A stretch of DNA of 50,971 bases. It comes from Elainellaceae cyanobacterium (lineage in GTDB: Bacteria; Cyanobacteriota; Cyanobacteriia; CAZCXK01). A program made the position numbers and the translations under genes. The stretch lies in the NCBI GenBank assembly GCA_051117555.1, contig JBNPEG010000128.1, positions 1 through 50,971 on the forward strand. Direction: 5' to 3'. The first letter of the stretch is position 1, and each line of letters opens with the position of its first letter. Below are positions 1 through 9,920 of the stretch, piece after piece. The notes under the pieces were generated by a model that was given only the letters and a program-made list of their open reading frames with translations, was not told the DNA's origin and did not search any database.

Positions 1-127
1 ACAGCCCTTCAATGAGGGCATCCTTTTCGGCGGGGCTTAGTCTATCTAGAGGGGGCAGTTCCTTCATGGCAAAAGCTTACCATTTTCTGCTGGAGGCTTG
101 CTTTGGTCAACCTAGTTGAGCAATTAC
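1..127 (-). mobile_element. Left end of an IS66-family (ISBst12-like) element; transposase starts at 67 on - strand and runs off the window
   Basis: Minus strand from 127 reads GTAATTGCTCAAC, an IS66-type GTAA terminus. ATG at 67 gives MKELPPLDRLSPAEKDALIEGL, resembling N-termini of single-ORF IS66 transposases. Confidence 0.6.
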
Positions 128-240
128 TTATTTTGTGTTTGTATGGCCTTGGCCGCTGCTAATATTTTGGCGGTCGTCCGATCGGCATTAGGGAGGGGCA
201 TGGGGTTGGCAAAATTGAGTCAGGCGTATCCGACTTCCAT
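128..240 (-). pseudogene. Possible transposase N-terminal relic (ISAs1-like?) cut by the IS66 end
   Basis: Minus frame from ATG at 240 reads MEVGYA*LNFANPMPLPNADRTTAKILAAAKAIQTQN, with an internal stop, ending at the IS66 terminus. Family resemblance is from memory only. Confidence 0.2.
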
Positions 241-500
241 ACGATGGTGAGAGGAGAACTCAAGTTTTTTTATCATACGACAAAGTCATCTCAGGTTGCC
301 AACCGTTATTTATACTACCTTCAGAGAAGAGCTCCCAAAGATTCAGCGTAACTTTACAAGACTTCTAAAGATGTATTCTTTCATTGAAGGTTATGAGAAT
401 CTACTTGCTTCCATCGCAAGGCAGGATGTATCTTCACCATAGACAAGCTTAGATTTCTAATGAATTAGTTTTAAAAGTACAATAATTTCCTAAAAAGGCA

Positions 501-2420
501 ATGAAAGGACTTTTACATTGGTTGCCTCAACATCCCAACTTCCGAGAGGCGATCGCCACTTGTAAGCAACACAAAGAATTCAAAAATCAGATTAGCCATC
601 TTCGGGAAATTTCTAAGCATGATCTTGATTTTACTCAAACAGTAAGAGTTGACCGTCGCCTTCAGCAGGTATTGGCAGATCATTTAGATGATGTAAGTGG
701 CTTACAGTCTGTTAGGATCGCCGTTCTCTCTTCGTCGACTGTCGAACATTTAGCTCCCGCAATTCGAGTGGCGGCGCTCCGCCGGGGTTTGATTGCGGAA
801 TGCTACATTGCTCCGTATGGTCAGTATCGTCAAGAAGTTTTGGATCCTACCTCTGGCTTATATCAATTTTCGCCTGACGTGGTTCTTCTGTCACTCAATG
901 CTAAAGATGTTGGATTGAACCTTCCTTGGACGTCCGGAGCACATGACGTTCAAGCTGCTGTAGAACAACGGATAGAAGAGTGGGTTCAACTTTGGAAGAC
1001 TATTAATACCCAACTTAAAGCAGTCGTCATCCAGCAGACAATAGTTATTCCTTCGGAAAGACTATTTGGACAGTATGATGTAGTATTGCCCGCAACGCCC
1101 ACCAGCATCCTGTTGCGAGTTAACGAAGTTCTTCGGATTAAGGCTGCGGAGTACAACGTTTTACTGCTAAATACGGATGAGATGGTGGCTAATGTTGGTA
1201 AGCAGCTTTGGTGTGACGCTGCTCTATGGCATCATGCAAAGCAAGATGTTTCTCCTATTTATGCCCCAATTTATGGAGATTATATAGGACGAATGCTAGC
1301 CGCTATTCGAGGGCTGTCTTATAAGTGCTTAGTGCTAGACCTTGACAATACTCTGTGGGGAGGAGTGATTGGTGATGACGGTCTAGGGGGAATTGCATTG
1401 GGTCAAGGGGACGCAGTGGGTGAAGCATTCCAAGCATTCCAAGCATACGTCAAGTTGTTAAAGGAACGAGGTATTATTCTGGCAGTATGCTCAAAGAATG
1501 AAGAAATAAATGCCCTAGAGCCGTTTGAGCATCATCCAGAGATGGTTTTGCGACGCAATGATATTGCTACATTTGTAGCTAACTGGGAGGATAAGGCAAC
1601 AAACCTTCGGCGCATTGCAGATCAGCTGAATATTGGTTTGGATTCTCTAGTCTTCTTTGATGACAATCCAGTTGAACGGGCAATAGTGCGGAAATTTGTT
1701 CCTGCTGTTGCAGTGCCGGAGGTTCCTGAAGATCCAGCGTTATATCTCCGCTGTTTGTCTGATGCTGGGTACTTTGAAGCAGTTTCCTTCTCTGGAGATG
1801 ATGCTAAGCGAGCAGATCAGTATCTTGCCAATAGTCGCCGAAATGAACTGAAGCAGAAATCTCACAATTTAGAAAGCTTCCTGGAAAGCCTTCATATGGA
1901 AATGGCGATCGCTCCAATTGATCCAGTCTCATTGCCGCGTGCCACTCAACTCATCAATAAGAGCAACCAATTCAACTTAACGACTCGCCGTTATACTGAA
2001 GCGCAAGTCAAACAGATGAGTGAAGATCCAGAAGTTTTATGTTTTCAAATTCGACTCAAAGATGACTTTGGGGACAATGGGCTAATTAGCGTTCTGATTG
2101 CAAAGCCTATTCTAATTGATTCTGAGAGAACGTTGCATATTGATACCTGGTTAATGAGTTGTCGAGTCTTGGGACGACAACTCGAGCAAGAAGTACTTAA
2201 TATTCTGGTTCAGCAGGCTCAGCAACGTGGTTATTACCTTCTTCATGGAGAATATATCCGAACTGCTAAGAATGGAATGGTAGAGGATCATTACTCTCGT
2301 CTCGGCTTTGAGCTAGTGCATGAGAAATGTGAAGAAAATGCGTTTCGGAGCTTATGGACATTAAATCTTGGTCAGTTTAAGGGGTTCAGCACTCCTATTA
2401 AAACCACTGTTTTGTTATAA
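501..2420 (+). CDS. FkbH-like HAD-IIIC glyceryl transferase/phosphatase, long form with N-terminal extension
   Basis: LVLDLDNTLWGG HAD motif, CSKN, FFDDNPVER, NKSNQFNLTT, C-terminal WLMSCRVLGR (acyl-carrying Cys); adjacent ACP. Confidence 0.92.
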   Translation: MKGLLHWLPQHPNFREAIATCKQHKEFKNQISHLREISKHDLDFTQTVRVDRRLQQVLADHLDDVSGLQSVRIAVLSSSTVEHLAPAIRVAALRRGLIAECYIAPYGQYRQEVLDPTSGLYQFSPDVVLLSLNAKDVGLNLPWTSGAHDVQAAVEQRIEEWVQLWKTINTQLKAVVIQQTIVIPSERLFGQYDVVLPATPTSILLRVNEVLRIKAAEYNVLLLNTDEMVANVGKQLWCDAALWHHAKQDVSPIYAPIYGDYIGRMLAAIRGLSYKCLVLDLDNTLWGGVIGDDGLGGIALGQGDAVGEAFQAFQAYVKLLKERGIILAVCSKNEEINALEPFEHHPEMVLRRNDIATFVANWEDKATNLRRIADQLNIGLDSLVFFDDNPVERAIVRKFVPAVAVPEVPEDPALYLRCLSDAGYFEAVSFSGDDAKRADQYLANSRRNELKQKSHNLESFLESLHMEMAIAPIDPVSLPRATQLINKSNQFNLTTRRYTEAQVKQMSEDPEVLCFQIRLKDDFGDNGLISVLIAKPILIDSERTLHIDTWLMSCRVLGRQLEQEVLNILVQQAQQRGYYLLHGEYIRTAKNGMVEDHYSRLGFELVHEKCEENAFRSLWTLNLGQFKGFSTPIKTTVLL

Positions 2421-2431
2421 AAGAGGTACAT

Positions 2432-2686
2432 ATGAATCGCGAAGACATTTACAATCAACTCAACATCGTATTCCAAGATGTGTTTGATGATGATTCTATC
2501 AAAGTAGAGAATAGTACATCCGCAAAAGACATTAGCGGATGGGATTCTATGGCTCATATCAATTTAGTATTGGGAGTCGAGCAAGAATTTGGAATCAAGT
2601 TTAAAACATCTGAAGTCGCTCAACTCAATAATGTCGGGGAATTTGTTGAGCTGATTCAAACTAAACTTAGCAAACAACTCGCGTGA
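2432..2686 (+). CDS. Acyl carrier protein (FkbH-associated type)
   Basis: 84 aa, acidic, GWDSMAH phosphopantetheine-Ser motif, AGAGG RBS upstream. Confidence 0.92.
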   Translation: MNREDIYNQLNIVFQDVFDDDSIKVENSTSAKDISGWDSMAHINLVLGVEQEFGIKFKTSEVAQLNNVGEFVELIQTKLSKQLA

Positions 2687-2898
2687 CGTATCGAAGCAGA
2701 AGAGCTGGGCAGATGTTTGGTATCGATCTGCTTCTCGCCAACTATCTAATCCATCCTATAAGTCAGGTTTGAGTATACACGTGTTCTTTTCACTAGCCGA
2801 AATATTGAAAGTACACTCTGGATACTTCTGAGCGAATTGTCTGAATAGATCAGTAATTAGATAGGCTTGAAATTGTTCTCTAAACGCATACTACTAAG

Positions 2899-4503
2899 AT
2901 GCTTTTCAACTCATACGAATTCATCTTGCTTTTCCTGCCAATTGTATTTCTTGGTTTTTCTCTAGTCAGCAGATTAGGGAATTCAAGATTACCGATTTTT
3001 TGGCTTGTTGCAGCCTCTTTCTTCTTTTATGGCTGGTGGAATCCTCCCTACCTGCTATTACTGCTAGTTTCTATCGGAGTGAATTATATTTTAGGGCAGA
3101 TACTTAGCCAGGCTCATCTTTCTGAGAATGGGGTAAGAGGAAAGGCATTTTTAATCCTCGGCGTTGCATTTAACTTAGGGATTATTGGATACTATAAATA
3201 CTTCAATTTTTTTATTGATAATGTAAATGCCATCTCAGGCACGACATTTAACGTTGCTCAAATAGTTTTGCCTTTAGGCATTTCATTTTATACTTTTCAA
3301 CAAATTTCCTATTTAATCGATAGCCTAGAGGGAGAAACAGGACATTATCGATTCATCGATTACTGTCTTTTCGTGACTTTCTTTCCACAGTTGATTGCTG
3401 GACCTATAGTTAGTCATCAGGAAATGATGCCACAATTTTCCAAGCAGTCAAAAGTTGGGTTGAGCCAGGAGAATCTAGCGATTGGTTTAGCTATCTTCTC
3501 AATAGGATTGTTTAAGAAGGTGATTCTCGCTGACCAAATCGCGCTCTATGCTACTCCCGTTTTTAACGCTGCTAGTCAGGATGTCTCTCTTAGTGCAGTA
3601 GAGGCATGGATGGGGGCATTAGCGTATACCATGCAAATTTATTTCGACTTTTCTGGTTACTCTGATATGGCAATCGGTGCAGCTTGGTTATTTGGCATTC
3701 GCCTTCCTATTAACTTTAATTCCCCCTATAAAGCGTTGAATATCATCGATTTTTGGGGACGCTGGCACATAACATTGACGCGCTTTCTCACACGGTATCT
3801 TTACAATCCAATTGCATTAAGTATATCTAGGAGACGAATTCAACGAGGTAAAAGCTTAATCAAGCGGGGAGTAGGTAGTGCGAGTGCTTTTATTGAATTA
3901 ATTGCATTTCCAACTATCATTACGATGTTACTGGCGGGTATATGGCATGGTGCAGGTTGGCAGTATATTGCATTCGGTTTTCTGCATGGCTTTTATCTCA
4001 CAATTAATCACTGTTGGCACATGATTCTAAAATACAGAGGTTATAACTTGAAGGCAACGAGTTGGTTAGGTCAACGATTTGGACAAGTTGTGACATTTGT
4101 AGCTGTAGTTGTTGCAATGATCTTTTTTAGGGCAACAGATATTGATGATGCAACGACAATAATTGCTTCGATGATTGGTCAAAATGGATTTTCTATAGCT
4201 GATGGAGCTTTGTTCCCGAACCAGCTATTTAGCAACGCAAAGCTTGGTCTCCTAAGTCTGATAGTTGTAATGTCGATCGCGTTTTTCTTCCCCAATACTC
4301 AAGAGTGGTTCTCGAAATATAGTCCTGCTTTAGGTTATCAACCTGCTGTCTCGAAAAAACACAAGTTTAGATGGGTGATTCATCTTCAAGAATATCTGAG
4401 TTGGCAACCCAATCAGTTTTGGGCAATGATTACTGCTGGCATTGCTGTAACGAGTTTCCTAGGTCTTTCAGGTGTAAGCGAATTTATCTACTTTCAGTTC
4501 TAA
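2899..4503 (+). CDS. MBOAT O-acyltransferase, AlgI/DltB/PatA family
   Basis: MLFNSYEF start, LPLGISFYTFQ, FFPQLIAGPI, YFDFSGYSDMAIG, FWGRWHITL, GIWHGAGW (catalytic His), C-terminal EFIYFQF. Confidence 0.95.
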   Translation: MLFNSYEFILLFLPIVFLGFSLVSRLGNSRLPIFWLVAASFFFYGWWNPPYLLLLLVSIGVNYILGQILSQAHLSENGVRGKAFLILGVAFNLGIIGYYKYFNFFIDNVNAISGTTFNVAQIVLPLGISFYTFQQISYLIDSLEGETGHYRFIDYCLFVTFFPQLIAGPIVSHQEMMPQFSKQSKVGLSQENLAIGLAIFSIGLFKKVILADQIALYATPVFNAASQDVSLSAVEAWMGALAYTMQIYFDFSGYSDMAIGAAWLFGIRLPINFNSPYKALNIIDFWGRWHITLTRFLTRYLYNPIALSISRRRIQRGKSLIKRGVGSASAFIELIAFPTIITMLLAGIWHGAGWQYIAFGFLHGFYLTINHCWHMILKYRGYNLKATSWLGQRFGQVVTFVAVVVAMIFFRATDIDDATTIIASMIGQNGFSIADGALFPNQLFSNAKLGLLSLIVVMSIAFFFPNTQEWFSKYSPALGYQPAVSKKHKFRWVIHLQEYLSWQPNQFWAMITAGIAVTSFLGLSGVSEFIYFQF

Positions 4504-4544
4504 TTACTTAGGTGCAACAGTAATTTCAATAATTCGGGGGTTCT

Positions 4545-5660
4545 ATGCATCCATATCGTCAGTTCTTAATTTTTTTAACAGCTTATTCGGCTGTCTATTT
4601 GATGTCCATCTTTTGGATTAATGTTTGGGCAGATCCTTTCGGCTTGAGAACTTATGGTGGCAGAATTGGTCATTCTCGTCTTGTTAAAGCAATTCTAATT
4701 AATCGAATTAATCCAAAGAAAGTTTTTGTCGGTGCATCCAGTGTAGCAATTGGCCTCAATCCAGAACATGAAGCCTTCAAAAACTATGAGCCAGTCTATA
4801 ATTTAGGCATTTATGGGGCTAACTTTTATGAATTAAAGCGTTATTTTCAGCATGCAGCTTCTGGTGAAAATCTTGAGAAAGCGTTGATTGGTTTGGATTT
4901 CTATGGCTTTAATCAATTCAGTAAGATTAAGTCTGGATTTTCAGAGACTCGTTTACAATCAAGACGAATGAAGCCCCAAGATTTTTTAAGGTTATATCTG
5001 TCATTAGAAGCCCTAACTTTGATTAGGGATTCTAACGAAGCAGCAAATTATTTTTCTCCTAATGGAAAAATAATAGAACTCAAAAATTTCGATGCAAAAA
5101 ATCGAGAAGAGCTTTTTGCTAAGCATCTAAGACAAAACTTTTCAGATGAAGAGGGAGTGTATAGAAGGTATTCCCTTTCTACAGAAGCAATTAAAGATTT
5201 TATTGAGCTTGTCTCAACTGCTCAACAGAACAACATTGATATTCAAATTTTTCTACCTCCCTCTCATGCCACACTTTTCTATCCATCAAGAATGACTACA
5301 TACTGGACAGTTTATCAGCGTTGGCTTCGAGCAGTTGTAGAAATTCATCCCGTGTGGGACTTTTCAGGCTGCAATAGTATAACGACAACACCTATAAATT
5401 TTAGTGAAAAATCTTATGAAGATCCCCTTCATTTTACTCCTCAGTTGGGAAATTGGATTATTGAGCGCGTATATACCTCTGAAGTAGATTCTTTGCCGTC
5501 AGATTTTGGCGTGTATGTGACGTCTGAAAATGTTGACAGTCATCTCCAGAGAGTCCGCCAGCAGTGCAAACTTTGGCTTCAAGAAAATCCAGAAGTTGTA
5601 GAATGGTTGGAAGGTCTCGATTTAAGACAGCAATTGGTTCTTTCAGTTCAAAATATGTAG
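4545..5660 (+). CDS. Membrane-anchored SGNH/DltD-like acyl-transfer partner, paralogue 1
   Basis: N-terminal TM ending in DPFG, block-I-like VGASS, YNLG, DxxH (EDPLHF); follows the MBOAT. Confidence 0.65.
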   Translation: MHPYRQFLIFLTAYSAVYLMSIFWINVWADPFGLRTYGGRIGHSRLVKAILINRINPKKVFVGASSVAIGLNPEHEAFKNYEPVYNLGIYGANFYELKRYFQHAASGENLEKALIGLDFYGFNQFSKIKSGFSETRLQSRRMKPQDFLRLYLSLEALTLIRDSNEAANYFSPNGKIIELKNFDAKNREELFAKHLRQNFSDEEGVYRRYSLSTEAIKDFIELVSTAQQNNIDIQIFLPPSHATLFYPSRMTTYWTVYQRWLRAVVEIHPVWDFSGCNSITTTPINFSEKSYEDPLHFTPQLGNWIIERVYTSEVDSLPSDFGVYVTSENVDSHLQRVRQQCKLWLQENPEVVEWLEGLDLRQQLVLSVQNM

Positions 5661-5815
5661 TAATAGGCTTTTATGCAGGAATGAAGAATCGTAAAGAATA
5701 AAATCTATGATGTTCTATATTTGCTAGTTAGCGCTCGATAGTATCTCGAATAAATCTTGGCGATTATAATTACCACTCTTCCTGATCGCTAAATTAATAT
5801 ATCCATCTACCTCTA

Positions 5816-6952
5816 ATGTCATTCACATGTATTATTAGTTTTGAAATGATGTCTCAATTTAGTGGATTTATCAAGGGCTTTTGTAGCTATGTTACAGTTT
5901 ATCTTCTTATCGTTTTTTCCATTAACTTAGTGGCGGACCCTTACGGAATTCGTGAAAGTGGTGGACGCGTAACAAATGATCGCCTAGTTAAAGCGGTTAA
6001 AATTAACCAAGTTAAACCTAGAGTAGTTTTCTTAGGGTCCTCCGGTGTCGCCAGAGGACTAGATCCCGCGCATGAGGCTCTACCAAACAGTGACTCAGTC
6101 TACAATTTGTCTCTCCTCGGCGCAAACATTTACGAGATACGGCGGTATTTTGAATACGCTAATGCTGCTAGTGATCTCAAACATATTGTTGTTGGGCTAG
6201 ACTTTTATGCGTTTAACCATTTTAGAGACGTAAGGCCTGGATTCTCGGAAGCGAGATTAAGCTCTGGACATTTAACCCCCAAAGATCTTTTAGGGCTTTA
6301 CCTATCTCTAAGTTCTCTTGATCTGACGCTAAACCCTGAGAAGAGGGGCTATTATTTTGCCGAAAACGGTACTTACAAGCATCAGATTCCTTTGGAGCGA
6401 ATATATCAGTTTGAAGCGTCGCTTACCGAAGATTTCAGCGAAGCTGAGCAGATGTACTGGAACTATAAATTATCAAAGGAAGAGATTAACCATTTCCGGA
6501 TGATAGTTAAAAGTGCTCGTGAAGATGATATTGACGTCAAATTATTTTTACCGCCAATACACGCAACACTATTTTATTCTGCAGTGATAGATAATTATTG
6601 GACAACCTATGAGAACTGGTTACATGAAATTGTCAGCATTCAGCCAGTGTGGGATTTTTCAGGCTGTAACGGTATCACAATCGAACCAGTTAGCGAAGAA
6701 ATGGACTATTTTGAAGATCCGTCCCACTACACGTATAAAACAGGCGATTTAGTTCTCAATCGTATGTTTAATTATGATGCTGATAGAGTGCCAGAAGAAT
6801 TCGGAGTATATCTCACACCAGATAACATAGATGGTCATTTGCGAAACGTTAGAGCTCAGTGTCAAAAGTGGGCAGAAGAGAACCCTGATATTATCCGATG
6901 GCTAAAAGATCTCAATCTGGAGAGGCATATGACACTTTCTAGCACTAAATAG
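5816..6952 (+). CDS. Membrane-anchored SGNH/DltD-like acyl-transfer partner, paralogue 2 (start may be a few codons downstream)
   Basis: TM plus DPYG, LGSS, YNLS, EDPSHY; collinear with 4545..5660 (FLPPxHATLFY, PVWDFSGCNxIT). Confidence 0.65.
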   Translation: MSFTCIISFEMMSQFSGFIKGFCSYVTVYLLIVFSINLVADPYGIRESGGRVTNDRLVKAVKINQVKPRVVFLGSSGVARGLDPAHEALPNSDSVYNLSLLGANIYEIRRYFEYANAASDLKHIVVGLDFYAFNHFRDVRPGFSEARLSSGHLTPKDLLGLYLSLSSLDLTLNPEKRGYYFAENGTYKHQIPLERIYQFEASLTEDFSEAEQMYWNYKLSKEEINHFRMIVKSAREDDIDVKLFLPPIHATLFYSAVIDNYWTTYENWLHEIVSIQPVWDFSGCNGITIEPVSEEMDYFEDPSHYTYKTGDLVLNRMFNYDADRVPEEFGVYLTPDNIDGHLRNVRAQCQKWAEENPDIIRWLKDLNLERHMTLSSTK

Positions 6953-7020
6953 CTGCATTGCTAGCAGCCTATCGTTTCAAGTTAAGCGTGCACTATTAAA
7001 TTGTTACTTGAGCAAGAGTC

Positions 7021-8553
7021 ATGATACCTATACAGCGTAACGTCTCAATTTGTTTCTCTCCAGACGATCTTGAGTTGTTTAGCAAGGCCAGTCATGATAG
7101 TAATCCTTTACATCTTTCTGATTCCTATGCCCGCAAAACTCCATTTGCTAAGCGCGTAGTATTTGGAGTTTTGGGTAGTTTATTTGGTTTAGGCCATCTG
7201 CAAGATCGACCAGGACTACGACTGGGGAAGATTGTTCTAGATTTCTCAGGCCCTTTGTTCGTTGATGTGCCTTATTCTCTTGAAATCGTTGAAACTTCTC
7301 TTGAAAAAGCAGTAGTAAGAATCTATGATGGCAGACGATTACTCTCCAAGGTGACTGCTCATTTTCAAAGTGGAAATCCGATGCGCTTTAAAGCGATGCT
7401 TTCACGAGCAGCTCGCACTGAACCCTTAGCACTATCACCATCAGATCTTGCCGGAGGCTATCAAGTTAAGGAAACTTACTGTCCTGATATCAGTTCACTC
7501 CGGGTTTTAACTGACCGCTTGGGGTTATTCGAAAAAGGCATTGGTGAGGTAGAGGCAGCGACATTGTTATGGTCAAGTTACTTTGTTGGCATGGAACTAC
7601 CAGGCTGCCAGGCTCTTTTTTCTAAATTTTCTCTCAATTTCGATGGGTCATCCGAAGATCTCACCACACCGATTTCTTATGCTGCATCTGTAATTCGGTT
7701 AGACGATCGATACAATCTGTTGCGAACAAAGGTTGAGCTAGCTGCCAATGGAATGTCACTAGCGGTGGGAGAGATTCAGTCATTTATTCGCCCCACTCCA
7801 CCGACCTCCACATTAGAGTCCATCGAAACTCTGATGCCCGGATCGGAAGCATTAAAAGGTAAAGTTGCCCTTGTGACGGGGGCTAGTCGAGGGCTAGGAG
7901 CAACGATTGCCCAATCCTTGGCATTACAAGGATGCACTGTATTGGTTAACTTCCTTCGTAGTTACTCAGAAGCCGAGCAGCTTCGGACAACTGCAGGGAA
8001 GGTATCGGGTGAAATTGTTTTAATGCAAGGAGATGCATCTGACTTATCTTGGTGCCTTTCGGCTAAGCAAGAGATTATCGAGAAATATGGAAAACTAGAT
8101 TTTTTAATTTGCAATGCCTGCCCTGCCATTTTGCCGCTTTGGATCGAACCGACAGCAATTGACCGAGTTAATGACTATGTGAGTAAAAGTCTGGCTTTAA
8201 TGAGTGTGCCGATGTCAACTTTCCTCAATCTTATATCTGAATATTCGGGATCGGTTACTGTGGTCTCTTCAACTGTTGTGTCTCATTCCACTCCTAGTGA
8301 CTGGCCTCATTATACTAGCGCTAAGTATGCGATTGAAGGGCTCACCAAAGTAGCAGTTGCAGAATATACCCAAGTAAACTTCTTACTAGTGAGGCCCCCA
8401 AAATTACTAACTGGTCAAACTAACACTCCAATTGGTCGTCAAGGTGCTATCTCCGCTGAAGAAGTCGCAGTTAAAATTGTTGAGCGATTGAAAGGATTAT
8501 CTTGTTCGGGACACCTCGAGATATTAGAAGATGTATGGGAAGCACCCAAATAA
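7021..8553 (+). CDS. MaoC (hot-dog) dehydratase fused to SDR ketoreductase
   Basis: DSNPLH hydratase motif, second hot-dog-like segment (SYFVGMELPG), VTGASRGLG Rossmann motif, YTSAK catalytic motif. Confidence 0.85.
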   Translation: MIPIQRNVSICFSPDDLELFSKASHDSNPLHLSDSYARKTPFAKRVVFGVLGSLFGLGHLQDRPGLRLGKIVLDFSGPLFVDVPYSLEIVETSLEKAVVRIYDGRRLLSKVTAHFQSGNPMRFKAMLSRAARTEPLALSPSDLAGGYQVKETYCPDISSLRVLTDRLGLFEKGIGEVEAATLLWSSYFVGMELPGCQALFSKFSLNFDGSSEDLTTPISYAASVIRLDDRYNLLRTKVELAANGMSLAVGEIQSFIRPTPPTSTLESIETLMPGSEALKGKVALVTGASRGLGATIAQSLALQGCTVLVNFLRSYSEAEQLRTTAGKVSGEIVLMQGDASDLSWCLSAKQEIIEKYGKLDFLICNACPAILPLWIEPTAIDRVNDYVSKSLALMSVPMSTFLNLISEYSGSVTVVSSTVVSHSTPSDWPHYTSAKYAIEGLTKVAVAEYTQVNFLLVRPPKLLTGQTNTPIGRQGAISAEEVAVKIVERLKGLSCSGHLEILEDVWEAPK

Positions 8554-8865
8554 AAATGCTTGATTCCAAATCCGGAAAGGGCACCTCTGGAGCATTTCTC
8601 TGATTTTGATAAAGCTATTATTAATGTCTATCTACTCTTTCCTGGTATTGATTATTAATTTATATAAGGCAACGGACTGTATCTTTTTAATGAAGACACT
8701 CTCTGAAGCCTCGAAATACGTATAAAAATAATCTAATGTCCTTTTATAGGATGACTCGGTGTGTCTGCTTGATAAGCCTATTGATGTTCATATGATTTTA
8801 TCCCAATAGGCGGAGTCCAAATTTCTGTCAATGCATACGCTTGAGTAATTGGTGGTAGCAATAAT

Positions 8866-9594
8866 ATGACTAAGGTAACTGGCATAATTCCAGCCAGATA
8901 TAAGTCGACCCGATTTGAAGGAAAACCGCTCGCAGCTATCGGTGGAAAAACCATGATCCAAATGGTCTACGAGAATTGCCTAAGAAGCACTCTTCTAGAC
9001 CAGGTGATGGTGGCTACAGATGATCAGCGCATTTATGACAATGTTACGTCCTTCGGTGGCAAGGTTGTCATGACTAAGGCGGATATCGCTACTGGAAGCG
9101 ATCGCTGCTATGAAGCTATCAAACATCATGACTGCGACATTGTAGTAAATATCCAGGGAGACGAACCCTTAATTGATCCAGCCGTTATCGATGCTTGCAT
9201 TCAGGCCCTGTTGAATACCCCAGAAGCAGTCTGTTCAACTCCAGTAGTTGAGTCTTATGATCTTGAAGAAATTAATTCTCCTCATACAGTTAAGGTAGCA
9301 CTCAGTCAGCAGCTTGAAGCGCTCTATTTTTCCCGATATCCGATTCCCTACTTCCGTAACTCAATAAAGGGAAATAAATACTACAGACATATTGGGTTGT
9401 ATTGTTATCGAAAATACTTTCTAGAGGAATATGTGACGATGCCGCAGACCCCCCTAGAGATTTCAGAGTCTCTCGAACAACTCCGGATCTTAGAGAATGG
9501 ATTTAAGATTCAGTGCTGTCCAGTTCAATACGAATCTGTTGGCGTAGATACTCCAGAAGACCTAGAAAAGGTCAAGCACCTTCTCGGTGTTTAG
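8866..9594 (+). CDS. kdsB: 3-deoxy-ulosonate cytidylyltransferase (CMP-Kdo synthetase family), copy 1
   Basis: IIPARYKSTRFEGKPL, TGSDR, NIQGDEP, ALYFSR, HIGLY, LEQLRILENG, VDTPEDL. Confidence 0.88.
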   Translation: MTKVTGIIPARYKSTRFEGKPLAAIGGKTMIQMVYENCLRSTLLDQVMVATDDQRIYDNVTSFGGKVVMTKADIATGSDRCYEAIKHHDCDIVVNIQGDEPLIDPAVIDACIQALLNTPEAVCSTPVVESYDLEEINSPHTVKVALSQQLEALYFSRYPIPYFRNSIKGNKYYRHIGLYCYRKYFLEEYVTMPQTPLEISESLEQLRILENGFKIQCCPVQYESVGVDTPEDLEKVKHLLGV

Positions 9595-9920
9595 TCGCCC
9601 AGTCTGATCGCAAAAAAATTGGGTGACTAGACTGTAGCAAATAGGCAATATCGATATCGATTGAGTTCAGTAGAACGAATTTGGTGCTTTTCAGCCTGTT
9701 CTTGATTATTCATACGCTTTAGATCTTAGATGAATTTGTTGCCTCCGTGACTTTTTTGAGGCTTCATCAATGATTGAAACTGGTATGTAATTTTGATGAA
9801 TTCAGCCAAATAATTAGGGCATATAGTAAAGATAAACGTGATACTTGATGCAAGCTTTTTAGCTAGAGCAATAAAACGAAAGTTTCTTATAAGTGACTGT
9901 TAGATTTAAGAGGCATTCCC

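Noticed and set aside
501..8553. PKS/NRPS secondary-metabolite cluster
   Set aside because: No ketosynthase, condensation, adenylation or FabH-like gene in the window; the partners are an MBOAT, SGNH-like proteins and glycosyltransferases.
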